Shown piece after piece: positions 36,697 through 44,705 of a DNA stretch of 64,000 bases (position 1 is the stretch's first letter; every line of letters starts with the position of its first letter). The stretch comes from Candidatus Falkowbacteria bacterium. GTDB taxonomy: Bacteria > Patescibacteriota > Patescibacteriia > Patescibacteriales > UBA12465. The notes under the pieces are model-generated. The model was given only the letters and a program-made list of their open reading frames with translations. It was not told where the DNA came from and searched no databases. The translations under genes and the position numbers were made by a program. The stretch is from the NCBI GenBank assembly GCA_037137655.1, contig JBAXJX010000001.1, forward strand, positions 97,188-161,187, written 5' to 3'.

Positions 36697-38736
36697 TTAT
36701 TCAAGATGAATTGTTTTTTCCCACGCGCCTAATTCTTTTTTGACCAGCGGATGGTTTTTTAATTCTGGGTCAGCGGCGATTAGTTTTTCGGCTGCGGCCT
36801 TGGTTTTTTTAATGAGTTCATAGTCAAAGAGAGATGCGATTTTTAATTCGGGGAAGCCGCTTTGGATGGTGCCATAAATTTCACCGGCACCGCGCAGTTT
36901 CAAATCTTCTTCGGCCAAATAAAAACCGTCTTGATGTTTTACCATGGCCTCTAAACGCGTGCGACTTTTTTCGGATAATTTTGAGCCGTTGTTCGGGGCT
37001 AAGAAACAATAAGATTGATGTTCACCGCGACCAACGCGGCCACGGAATTGATGAAGTTGAGCTAAGCCAAAACGTTCCACGCCTTCAATTAACATGATGG
37101 TGGCGTTCGGAAAATCAACACCAACTTCAATCACGGAAGTAGCGACTAAAATTTTAATTTCATTTTTTAGGAATCCGGCCATGATGGCGTCTTTTTCGTC
37201 GGCTTTCATTTTGCCATGGAGCACGGCCATTTTAATTCCAGGAAATATTTCAGTTGATAATTTATCGTATTCTTGCGTTACTGATTTCACACCTAATTTG
37301 TCGGACGGATCAATGAGTGGGCAAACAATAAAAGCCTGGCGCCCAAGTTTAATTTGCTCACCTATGAATTTGTAAGCCGCAGTTCTATTTTCTTCGTTAA
37401 CAATTTTAGTGATAATATTTTGGCGATTACTTGGCTTTTCTTTGATGACCGAAATATCTAAATCACCGTAAATTGCGAGTGATAATGAGCGGGGAATTGG
37501 TGTCGCCGTCATGGAAAGAAAGTGGGGCATGAGAGAACTTTTTATTTTTAATTTTTGTCTTTGGCGCACACCAAAGCGATGTTGTTCATCCACCACAATT
37601 AAAGCGGGATTGGGAATGGCGGCTTTGTCTTGGATAATGGCGTGCGTGCCAATTAAAATTCCGGCTTGCTCGTCGCGGATTTTGCTTAGATCACTTTTAT
37701 TGTTTCGCGTTAGCAATTTTATTTCTACCGGAAAATCAGCTAACAATTTTTTAATGGAATTATAATGTTGAGTGGCTAAAATTTCGGTCGGCGCCATTAA
37801 AACACCGAGCTTTTTATCGAGCGCAGTATTAAGTAAAGCAATGACAGCGACTAAAGTTTTACCGCTGCCAACATCGCCTTGAAGTAGACGGGACATTGGA
37901 TGAAATTTGGCAATGTCTTTAATTATTTCCCAGGCGGATTTTTTTTGATCATTAGTTATTGTAAAGGGAAGACTGGCAATAAAATTTTTGGTGGCTTCTT
38001 CATTAAAAAAAACTTCTGGTGCTTGCGACAATTGAATTTCGCGGCGGCTAATTTGTGATTTTAATTGGCGCAAAAATAATTCCGCAAAACCAAAATGTTG
38101 TTTAGCTAGTTTAATATCCTCGGCATTCTCCGGAAAGTGAATTTTTTTAATGGCACTACCTAAACTTATTAGACCAACTTCTTTGGCAATGTCACTTGGA
38201 ATCCAGTCTTCCAGTTCGGAACTTAGATCGACCACTTGTTTTATTAACCCACGAATTTGTTTTTGGGTGACGTCGGCGTTGAGACTGTAAATTGGCGTTA
38301 AGCCTTGAGTGTGAATCAGTTCGCCATTATTTAGTTTTTCGTAAATTGGTGCCAGCATAGTGGCTTGGCCATTTTTTTCCGTGATCTTGCCGGCCAGTGA
38401 TAGATAATCACCCACTTTAAGACTTTTGGCGAGATAAGGTTGGTTGAACCACAGAACCTTGATGGTACCACTGTCATCGCGCACCAAAGCCTCTGTGAGG
38501 CTCATGCGGCGATTCATAGTGCGGCGGCTTTGAATGAGTTCAATTTGCCCAATAATATTAACTGGAGTATCGATTTCGGCCGTGTCGATGCTGGCCATAG
38601 CATCGTAGTTTTCATAACGAAAAGGCAAATAAAAAAGCAGGTCGGAAATGGATTCCAGGCCCAGCTTTTTAAGTGAGGCGGCAGTACTTTCGCCGACTCG
38701 GTTTAGATTTTGCAACTTAGCATTGAGACTTAACAT
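36697..38736 (-). CDS. recG: ATP-dependent DNA helicase RecG
   Basis: Wedge domain followed by helicase motifs GDVGSGKT, DEQHRFG and QLHQFRGRVGRG. Confidence 0.95.
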   Translation of the reverse strand: MLSLNAKLQNLNRVGESTAASLKKLGLESISDLLFYLPFRYENYDAMASIDTAEIDTPVNIIGQIELIQSRRTMNRRMSLTEALVRDDSGTIKVLWFNQPYLAKSLKVGDYLSLAGKITEKNGQATMLAPIYEKLNNGELIHTQGLTPIYSLNADVTQKQIRGLIKQVVDLSSELEDWIPSDIAKEVGLISLGSAIKKIHFPENAEDIKLAKQHFGFAELFLRQLKSQISRREIQLSQAPEVFFNEEATKNFIASLPFTITNDQKKSAWEIIKDIAKFHPMSRLLQGDVGSGKTLVAVIALLNTALDKKLGVLMAPTEILATQHYNSIKKLLADFPVEIKLLTRNNKSDLSKIRDEQAGILIGTHAIIQDKAAIPNPALIVVDEQHRFGVRQRQKLKIKSSLMPHFLSMTATPIPRSLSLAIYGDLDISVIKEKPSNRQNIITKIVNEENRTAAYKFIGEQIKLGRQAFIVCPLIDPSDKLGVKSVTQEYDKLSTEIFPGIKMAVLHGKMKADEKDAIMAGFLKNEIKILVATSVIEVGVDFPNATIMLIEGVERFGLAQLHQFRGRVGRGEHQSYCFLAPNNGSKLSEKSRTRLEAMVKHQDGFYLAEEDLKLRGAGEIYGTIQSGFPELKIASLFDYELIKKTKAAAEKLIAADPELKNHPLVKKELGAWEKTIHLE

Positions 38737-38737
38737 G

Positions 38738-38809
38738 TGTCCTCGATAGGAATCGAACCTATATTACGAGATCCGCAATCTCGCGTCCTATCCGTTGAAC
38801 GACGAAGAC
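38738..38809 (-). tRNA. tRNA-Arg (anticodon GCG)
   Basis: 72 nt cloverleaf folded by hand. Acceptor GTCTTCG/CGAGGAC, D arm GTTC/GGAC, anticodon stem CGAGA/TCTCG with loop TTGCGGA, T arm ATAGG-TTCGATT-CCTAT, discriminator A. No encoded CCA. Confidence 0.9.
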
Positions 38810-38866
38810 AAAATACAAGACGAACTTTCGTTCGCAATTCATATTACTATATCATTTTAAATTTGT

Positions 38867-39385
38867 CTATAACTTAAGAACTTTAGCCAATCCTTCGGAA
38901 AGGGGAATGTTCTCTTTTTCCAAATCTTCCTTTAAATATTGTAATAAATGAGTTCTAATTGTCAGTGGATTGGTTTTTTCAAAATCTAACGATATACGGG
39001 GTGTAATCGGATTTTTATAGACAAGATATAAATTTCTGATATTTTCCTCTGGGCGATAAATGATATAAAATTCAGAAAAAGCATTATATTCGTAGAATTT
39101 TTTGCCAATTTGCACTCCATTGCTCTTTAGGATGACATCAAGTTCCAATGGTTCTTCTTGGTCGTTAAAAACAATAAGAAAGGCAGAGATAATAATGATG
39201 AGGGCAAAAAAGTAGTTGTGCGTCCAAAGAGCATAGATTAATAATCCAAGTGCCACGATTCCAGCAATGATATACCAGCTGCGGCCATGCTCATGTTTTT
39301 GGTATTCTTTAACTTTCCATTGTAATGGCTGTTTGTCGCTATTTTGGCTTTTCTTGTTTTTTTTGGACATATTTTTGTTTGACAA
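38867..39385 (-). CDS. Hypothetical membrane protein (Lys-rich N-terminus, 2 TM, soluble C-domain)
   Basis: 172 aa ORF with two clear hydrophobic helices. No family motif recognised. Confidence 0.7.
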   Translation of the reverse strand: MSNKNMSKKNKKSQNSDKQPLQWKVKEYQKHEHGRSWYIIAGIVALGLLIYALWTHNYFFALIIIISAFLIVFNDQEEPLELDVILKSNGVQIGKKFYEYNAFSEFYIIYRPEENIRNLYLVYKNPITPRISLDFEKTNPLTIRTHLLQYLKEDLEKENIPLSEGLAKVLKL

Positions 39386-39448
39386 GATTAATTGAATTCT
39401 ATATCATTATAGCATGTTTAATCGCAGAGCTCAAATTTGTGATTAATT

Positions 39449-39537
39449 GGAGAGGTGGCTGAGCGGTCGAAAGCGGCAGGTTGCTAACCTGTTATACGTG
39501 TAAAAACGTATCCGGGGTTCGAATCCCCGCTTCTCCG
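39449..39537 (+). tRNA. tRNA-Ser (anticodon GCU)
   Basis: Acceptor GGAGAGG/CTTCTCC, anticodon loop TTGCTAA, long variable arm, T loop GGTTCGAATCC. Confidence 0.93.
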
Positions 39538-39543
39538 CATATC

Positions 39544-39572
39544 AAAAAGACTGGATTAATCCAGTCTTTTTT
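39544..39572 (+). terminator. Rho-independent terminator after tRNA-Ser
   Basis: aaaAGACTGGA-ttaa-TCCAGTCTttttt. Confidence 0.8.
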
Positions 39573-39620
39573 GTTTTTTTTCTAATTTTATGGTATTTTA
39601 TAAGCATGTTTATCTAATTT

Positions 39621-40490
39621 ATGAGTATTAAAAATATGAATGTTACAAAAAGAAGTAAAAAGGTGATTGGCTTATTAGTTATTCTAGTGTTTTTAATTGC
39701 TGCTGGCGCGACGGTATTTTTTTATAGTAAAAACAGGCACACACAAATAAAGTTAGCAAATCAAGAAAGCCGAGCTACGGAAAAAACTTTTACTGCCAAA
39801 ACTGATTTTTATGATATTGAAGCCGTATATCCAATAGAGCCTTTGGATAAAAATGGAGTAATTGAGCAATTTATAAATCAACAGGTGGAACAAAGAAAAG
39901 AAGATTGGAAGATTGGTAGCCCAGCGTATAATGATGAAAAAAATATAGAAAGAGATTTTCCGGATAGACCAAAAATGGTATATTCTTTGAATATTGTGTA
40001 TAAAAAATTTACCGCCGCTAGCCGGGGCACAGTTTCCTATTTGTTTTTAGTTGGGGAATACACTGGTGGCGCCAATGGAAGTGAAAAAGTACAAACTTTT
40101 ACTTTTGATAAGAATGGTCAAGTCGCTATTGAGTCGATCTTGGACACTTCGGGATATGCTACGATGAAGGGGAAAAATAAAATGCCAAATGATTTAGCTT
40201 TGTCATATCTATTATTAGAACAAGCTAGAAAGGATAAGGAAATTTTTCCAGATATTAATACTGTGCGTGATGGCCTGGGTTTATCTTATTTAAAAAATGA
40301 CGGTATAAGCCTGGATCATAAGAAATGTAATTGTGATGGCTGGCTCTACGCTTCTAATTTGCAGAATTTTATTATTACCGACAATGGTCTTACGTTTTAT
40401 TTTGACAAGGGAGCGATAACTATGAATGCTGCCGGAAGTACGGCCATAAATTTATCTTGGAATGATTTGAAAACATATTTGTTGAAATAA
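39621..40490 (+). CDS. Membrane-anchored protein, DUF4163/DUF3298 (RsiV/PdaC-like) architecture suspected
   Basis: N-terminal TM helix. FYDIEAVYPIEP...INQQVEQ... and the later YLFLVGEYTGGANGS pattern resemble that family. Not verified. Confidence 0.5.
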   Translation: MSIKNMNVTKRSKKVIGLLVILVFLIAAGATVFFYSKNRHTQIKLANQESRATEKTFTAKTDFYDIEAVYPIEPLDKNGVIEQFINQQVEQRKEDWKIGSPAYNDEKNIERDFPDRPKMVYSLNIVYKKFTAASRGTVSYLFLVGEYTGGANGSEKVQTFTFDKNGQVAIESILDTSGYATMKGKNKMPNDLALSYLLLEQARKDKEIFPDINTVRDGLGLSYLKNDGISLDHKKCNCDGWLYASNLQNFIITDNGLTFYFDKGAITMNAAGSTAINLSWNDLKTYLLK

Positions 40491-40508
40491 AATCTAATTA
40501 TAAATTAT

Positions 40509-41267
40509 ATGAAAGAAATGTTTGTGTCGTTACAACCAAATATTAAAGAGAATAATAAAAATTCTGCTGAGTCTTTAGATATCTCTAAACAACAAAGAGA
40601 TGTGTATGAGGTTTTTAAGGCAAGCCCAGAGTTGTCTAAGATTGGGACGAAGGAGCAATACGCAAAATATTTAGAAACGATATTTCCGGAAAGTGTTATA
40701 AAAAATATTGTTTATCATGGTACAAATAACAAATTTGAAAAATTTGAAAAACGAAGAAGAGAAGATAAATTTGACGCTGGAACAATAGGAAATGGTATTT
40801 ATTTTGCTGAATCTAAAGATGTATCATTTGGTTCTAATTTAGAAAATACAAAAGCATCTATTTTGAATGTTAAAAATCCCTTAGTAGGTGTTGATGAGAT
40901 AATATTGCATATAGGCAAAAGAGAAGAAAAAGGAGGTAGATATACAGGCAACCATATAATATATAATGAATTTAATTTAAAAAGAAGGTTTCTTACTGAC
41001 AATAAGGAATATTATGATATAGTGACTAATTTTATTAAAGATAATGGCTTGGAAGGCAGAACAATATCGGATTTTGAAATTTCGGAATTATATTCTGAAT
41101 ATTTAGTTAAATTGGGCTATGATGGGATTGTTTCAAATGGCACTTCGGCTTTTTCTGGAGGTAGGGAGTTTGTGGTGTTTGAGCCAGAGCAAATACATAT
41201 TCTAGGATCTAATGATGATATTGAAAATTTTAAAAAATTTGTTGAAAGTGCGGAGCTTGCACAATAA
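40509..41267 (+). CDS. PARP-like (H-Y-E) ADP-ribosyltransferase domain protein, ART-PolyVal-like
   Basis: H motif IVYHGTNNKFEKF, Y motif GNGIYFAESKDVS, and E motif at the C-terminus LGYDGIV...GGREFVVFEPEQIHIL. Confidence 0.55.
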   Translation: MKEMFVSLQPNIKENNKNSAESLDISKQQRDVYEVFKASPELSKIGTKEQYAKYLETIFPESVIKNIVYHGTNNKFEKFEKRRREDKFDAGTIGNGIYFAESKDVSFGSNLENTKASILNVKNPLVGVDEIILHIGKREEKGGRYTGNHIIYNEFNLKRRFLTDNKEYYDIVTNFIKDNGLEGRTISDFEISELYSEYLVKLGYDGIVSNGTSAFSGGREFVVFEPEQIHILGSNDDIENFKKFVESAELAQ

Positions 41268-41279
41268 ATAATAAAATTT

Positions 41280-41684
41280 ATGAAAGTAGTTATTGCTGGC
41301 AGCGCTAGTTTGCAAAAGGAAATACAAAAGTGGGTTACACATTGGAATGCGCAAAAAGATTGCGTGGTTTTAAATTATCCGCAGGCTATTCCGGCGGATA
41401 ATTTTGATGAGCTTTATCCTGGAGTGCATAAGAAATTTTTTGCGGATATTTTAGAAGCCGATATTTTATTTGTGGCCAATGAAGAGAAAAAGGGAATCGC
41501 TGGCTATATCGGTTATGAAACTTTTGCCGAACTTGGTTTTGCTGTCGCTCAGAAAATAATCGCCGGCCAAAATATAAAAATAATTTTAGCTAACATGCCA
41601 GCACTAGAATTATCTTGCCATGAAGAAATAGCTTTATGGAAAAAGCTGGGCTGGATTGATGAAATTTTAAATATATTATATTAA
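41280..41684 (+). CDS. Nucleoside 2-deoxyribosyltransferase-like (Rossmann/SLOG-type) protein
   Basis: MKVVIAGSAS...ADILFVANEEKKGIAGYIGYETFAELGFAVAQK follows the pattern of this superfamily. Not verified. Confidence 0.45.
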   Translation: MKVVIAGSASLQKEIQKWVTHWNAQKDCVVLNYPQAIPADNFDELYPGVHKKFFADILEADILFVANEEKKGIAGYIGYETFAELGFAVAQKIIAGQNIKIILANMPALELSCHEEIALWKKLGWIDEILNILY

Positions 41685-41687
41685 TAT

Positions 41688-41786
41688 ATGAAACAAGAAG
41701 AAATCGAAAGAGTTTTTTTGGTAAAAAAATTGCCATCCGATTTAGATTGGAGTGTAATAATTAATAATGAATATGATAAATATTAA
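41688..41786 (+). pseudogene. Possible remnant of a CYTH-domain gene (32 codons)
   Basis: MKQEEIERVFLVKKLPSDL resembles the CYTH N-terminal signature EIERKFLV..LP. The reading frame stops after 32 codons and overlaps the next gene start. Confidence 0.25.
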
Positions 41787-42240
41787 AAATCTTCGAGAAT
41801 TTTTAATTGAAGCAAAAAAATCAACTTACGCTAGTGGCGATGCGGCACACAAAGTAAAAGAATATGATAAATCTACCACTCTTGTTTTTGAAAGTGGTGA
41901 TTTTAAATATCATGATAACTATTTTGGTGGAGAGCCTTTTGGCGGCAGAGAGGTTGTGTTTTTTAAAGGAGCTCCAATTTATATCATGACATATTATGGT
42001 CTGGTAAATAAAGCAATTGCTGATTGTAATGGTGTTTATAGGGTATTGCAACATGCTCTATCTTTAATCCCAGAAAATAAGCCGTATCGTGGTCCTAATG
42101 AATATGTTGACGGAGCTTATATTTATTTAAATAAGTCTATTGGAGAAATTGATGATTTTTCTGGCGAAGAAATTATCAAGCTTGATGGAAGAGAGATTTA
42201 CAGAGCAAGATATGTCGGCGGCCTAGTTGACCAAAGATAG
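41767..42240 (+). CDS. DUF5680-like protein
   Basis: FLIEAKKSTYASGD...LVFESGDFKYHDNYFGGEPFGGREVVFFKGAPIYIMTYYG matches my recollection of that family. Not verified. Confidence 0.5.
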   Translation: MNMINIKNLREFLIEAKKSTYASGDAAHKVKEYDKSTTLVFESGDFKYHDNYFGGEPFGGREVVFFKGAPIYIMTYYGLVNKAIADCNGVYRVLQHALSLIPENKPYRGPNEYVDGAYIYLNKSIGEIDDFSGEEIIKLDGREIYRARYVGGLVDQR

Positions 42241-42267
42241 TACGTGTAATAATTATTAATAAAATTT

Positions 42268-42852
42268 ATGAAAACCATAATTAAATCCAAAGCGAGTCTC
42301 GCTTATAATTTATTAATTTTTGCTTATAGCGTCTCTACTTTTTCGGAAGGTATAATTGTGCCGATCTATGCTGTTTTTGTACAAAAAATTGGTGGCGACA
42401 TTTTGGACGCCGGCTTGGCGATGGGAATATTTTTGATCACCCAAGGATTATTTACTATCATTTTTCACCGTTTGAATTGGAATCCGCGTTCCCGCACCCC
42501 AATCATGATCACCGGTTGGATTATTTGGCTTACGGGTATTGGGTTGTATTTCATTATTTCCAATATTTGGATGCTGTTTTTAACGCAAATTTTAACGGCG
42601 CTGGGCAATGCGATTGCCGATCCGGTGTTCGATGAAGAATTAGCTGACCACACCACCAGGGCGCAGAGCGAATCACAGTGGGCGACCTTTGAAGGTGGCA
42701 AAGATTTGATGAGTGGCTTGGCGGCCATTTTGGGTGGCTTAATTGTCTCGGCTTTTGGTTTTTATTTTCTAATTTGGGCGATGGTGACGACAGCCACCTT
42801 ATCACTGCTAATAATTTTATTTTATGTTTACCAATTTAAGCGCCAAAAATAA
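42268..42852 (+). CDS. Six-TM membrane protein resembling half of an MFS transporter
   Basis: 194 aa with six hydrophobic helices. Short for an MFS protein. Confidence 0.5.
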   Translation: MKTIIKSKASLAYNLLIFAYSVSTFSEGIIVPIYAVFVQKIGGDILDAGLAMGIFLITQGLFTIIFHRLNWNPRSRTPIMITGWIIWLTGIGLYFIISNIWMLFLTQILTALGNAIADPVFDEELADHTTRAQSESQWATFEGGKDLMSGLAAILGGLIVSAFGFYFLIWAMVTTATLSLLIILFYVYQFKRQK

Positions 42853-43525
42853 TTCTGCTCTTCATCTTGGTCTTTCCACCAAATCAGACGGCTCGATGAA
42901 AAATGCGCCAGAGAATCGGGCGGCGTTTTTTGAATCCCAAAATTTAGGTGAAAAAATAATTATTTTTGCCGACTTGGCGCACACTGATAAAGTAATTATC
43001 GTTGATGATGTCGCGGAAAATAAAATCATTCCGAATTACGACGCGCTAATTACCAGTGATCCCAAGCAGATTTTGGCTTTAACGGTGGCGGATTGTTTGC
43101 CGATTTATTTTTATGATGAAGCGAAAAAAGTTATCGCTTTGGCCCATGCCGGGTGGCGCGGGGTGGCCAGTGAAATTGTTAAAAATGTTGTGAGCATGAT
43201 GAATGAACATTATAATTCTAATCCGAGTGACATCGTCGTTTTTATTGGGCCACATATTCATGATTGCCACTTTGAGATTGGGGAAGAGCTGGTGGAAAAA
43301 TTTTCCGCGAAAAGTATTATTCATCGTGACGGCCAAATATTTGTTGATTTAGCCAAAGAAGTTTCTGCTCAATTAGTTGCATCTGGAATTTTACCAAATA
43401 AGATTGAGGTTAGCGCCGAATGTACTTATTGTTTAAGAGATAAATATTTTTCTTTCCGCCGTGATAAGCCGGAGCAATTAGAAACTATGGTGGCGTATAT
43501 TGGATTAATTAATTTTATAAAATGA
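42824..43525 (+). CDS. pgeF: PgeF/YfiH family (DUF152, purine nucleoside phosphorylase/peptidoglycan editing factor)
   Basis: STKSDGSMKN, ADCLPIYFYD, AHAGWRG, and C..C and H residues in family-typical positions. Confidence 0.8.
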   Translation: MFTNLSAKNNSALHLGLSTKSDGSMKNAPENRAAFFESQNLGEKIIIFADLAHTDKVIIVDDVAENKIIPNYDALITSDPKQILALTVADCLPIYFYDEAKKVIALAHAGWRGVASEIVKNVVSMMNEHYNSNPSDIVVFIGPHIHDCHFEIGEELVEKFSAKSIIHRDGQIFVDLAKEVSAQLVASGILPNKIEVSAECTYCLRDKYFSFRRDKPEQLETMVAYIGLINFIK

Positions 43526-43995
43526 TAAATATGAAAAATAAAAAAGTTTTAATAATTTGTACTTCAATTCATCACGGTAATACTTTAAAAATTGCCAAAG
43601 TTATGGCCGAAGTTCTTGGCGCGCGGATAATGATGCCGGCTGATGTTAATTCAGAAATTATGTCTGGTTATGATCTGATCGGTTTTGGTTCTGGTATTTA
43701 TAATCAACAGCACCACTCCAGTCTTTTTGATTTACTTAAACAATTGTCGATGCAAGATCATAAAAAGGCCTTCGTTTTTTCCACTAATACTTTTGGTCTT
43801 AAAATACTTAATAAACCCTTTGTAGATAAACTAATTGAAAAAGGTTTCGATGTTCTTGGGGATTTCTCTTGTCCGGGATTTATGAATTACAGTGTTACTA
43901 AGTATTTTTTTGGTGGTTTTAGTAAAAACAGACCGAATGAAAATGATTTAAAAAAGGCGCGTGATTTTTCTGGAAAATTATGGTCAAAAATGTAA
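43522..43995 (+). CDS. Flavodoxin-like fold protein
   Basis: KVLIICTSIHHGNTLKIAKVMAEVLGA...YDLIGFGSGIY. Confidence 0.6.
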   Translation: MINMKNKKVLIICTSIHHGNTLKIAKVMAEVLGARIMMPADVNSEIMSGYDLIGFGSGIYNQQHHSSLFDLLKQLSMQDHKKAFVFSTNTFGLKILNKPFVDKLIEKGFDVLGDFSCPGFMNYSVTKYFFGGFSKNRPNENDLKKARDFSGKLWSKM

Positions 43996-44651
43996 AAATC
44001 GAACCGGAATGGGCGGCAGCCTTGAGTGATGTTTTTGACAGCGCGCAATTTGCACGGCTGGCGGATTTTGTGCGCGCAGAATATCAGGGCAAAAAAATTT
44101 TTCCACAACCGGCTGATATTTTTAAAGCTTTTTGGTTAACGCCGTTTTCAAAAGTGAAGGTGGTGATATTGGGGCAAGACCCGTATCATGGCGATGGTCA
44201 AGCGCACGGCTTGTGTTTTTCGGTTCCAGCTGGAGTAGAGGTGCCGCCGTCACTCAAAAATATTTACAAAGAAATTGAAAGTGATTTGAATATAAAAAAA
44301 GATTTTAAATCCGGTAATTTAGAATCATGGGCGGAGCAGGGAGTGTTTCTGCTCAATGCGATTTTAACGGTCGTGGCGCATACACCGGCTTCTCATCGAA
44401 ATCGCGGCTGGGAAAATTTTACCGACGCGGTGATTAAAACAATTTCTAACAAACGCGAACACGTCGTTTTTATTTTGTGGGGCAATTATGCCCGCAGTAA
44501 AAAAACTTTAATTGACGCGCAGAAACATTTAATCCTGGAAGCGCCGCATCCATCGCCGCTTTCGGCTTATGCCGGATTTTTCGGCTCCAAACCTTTTTCG
44601 CAGGCCAATAAATATTTAAAGCAATGCGGGGAGAAAGAAATAAATTGGTAA
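43980..44651 (+). CDS. ung: Uracil-DNA glycosylase (family 1)
   Basis: GQDPYHGDGQAHGLCFSV and HPSPLSA motifs. Confidence 0.93.
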   Translation: MVKNVKIEPEWAAALSDVFDSAQFARLADFVRAEYQGKKIFPQPADIFKAFWLTPFSKVKVVILGQDPYHGDGQAHGLCFSVPAGVEVPPSLKNIYKEIESDLNIKKDFKSGNLESWAEQGVFLLNAILTVVAHTPASHRNRGWENFTDAVIKTISNKREHVVFILWGNYARSKKTLIDAQKHLILEAPHPSPLSAYAGFFGSKPFSQANKYLKQCGEKEINW

Positions 44652-44662
44652 ATTTGATAAAT

Positions 44663-44698
44663 AAAAAACCCGGCACATTTTTGTGTCGGGTTTGTTTT
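44663..44698. terminator. Bidirectional terminator between convergent ung and purB
   Basis: aaaaaaCCCGGCACA-tttt-TGTGTCGGGtttgttttt has an A-tract on one side and a T-tract on the other. Confidence 0.8.
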
Positions 44699-44705
44699 TA
44701 CAGTT

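Noticed and set aside
36526-36732. 68-aa plus-strand ORF in the recG-downstream region, and interpretation of the region as RNase P RNA, tmRNA, SRP RNA or a TPP riboswitch
   Set aside because: The ORF is Ser/Leu-rich, overlaps the recG 3' end and has no start signals. None of the universal cores is present in the right order on either strand. The cores checked were GAGGAAAGUCC and ACAGAA..GGCUUA for RNase P, and the GGGG acceptor, T-arm and ...LAA tag for tmRNA. The GGGGUGC...CUGAGA...CUGGAUAAUGCCAGCG order for TPP was also checked. A CTGAGA and a CGG-TAGAATG-CCG hairpin are present but in the wrong arrangement for a thi-box.
38817-38836. GAAC-GAAA-GTTC tetraloop hairpin between the 172-aa gene and tRNA-Arg, as a terminator or tRNA promoter element
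   Set aside because: The stem is only 4-6 bp and the downstream U-tract is weak. A TTGCGA-16-TATTTT promoter reading is possible but poor. The evidence is too weak to annotate.
39449-44700. Calling the tRNA-Ser-adjacent region a genomic island, prophage or ICE
   Set aside because: No integrase, recombinase, transposase, phage structural gene or direct repeat of the tRNA 3' end was found. Several genes there (pgeF, ung) are ordinary core functions. Only the ART/NDT-like pair looks accessory.
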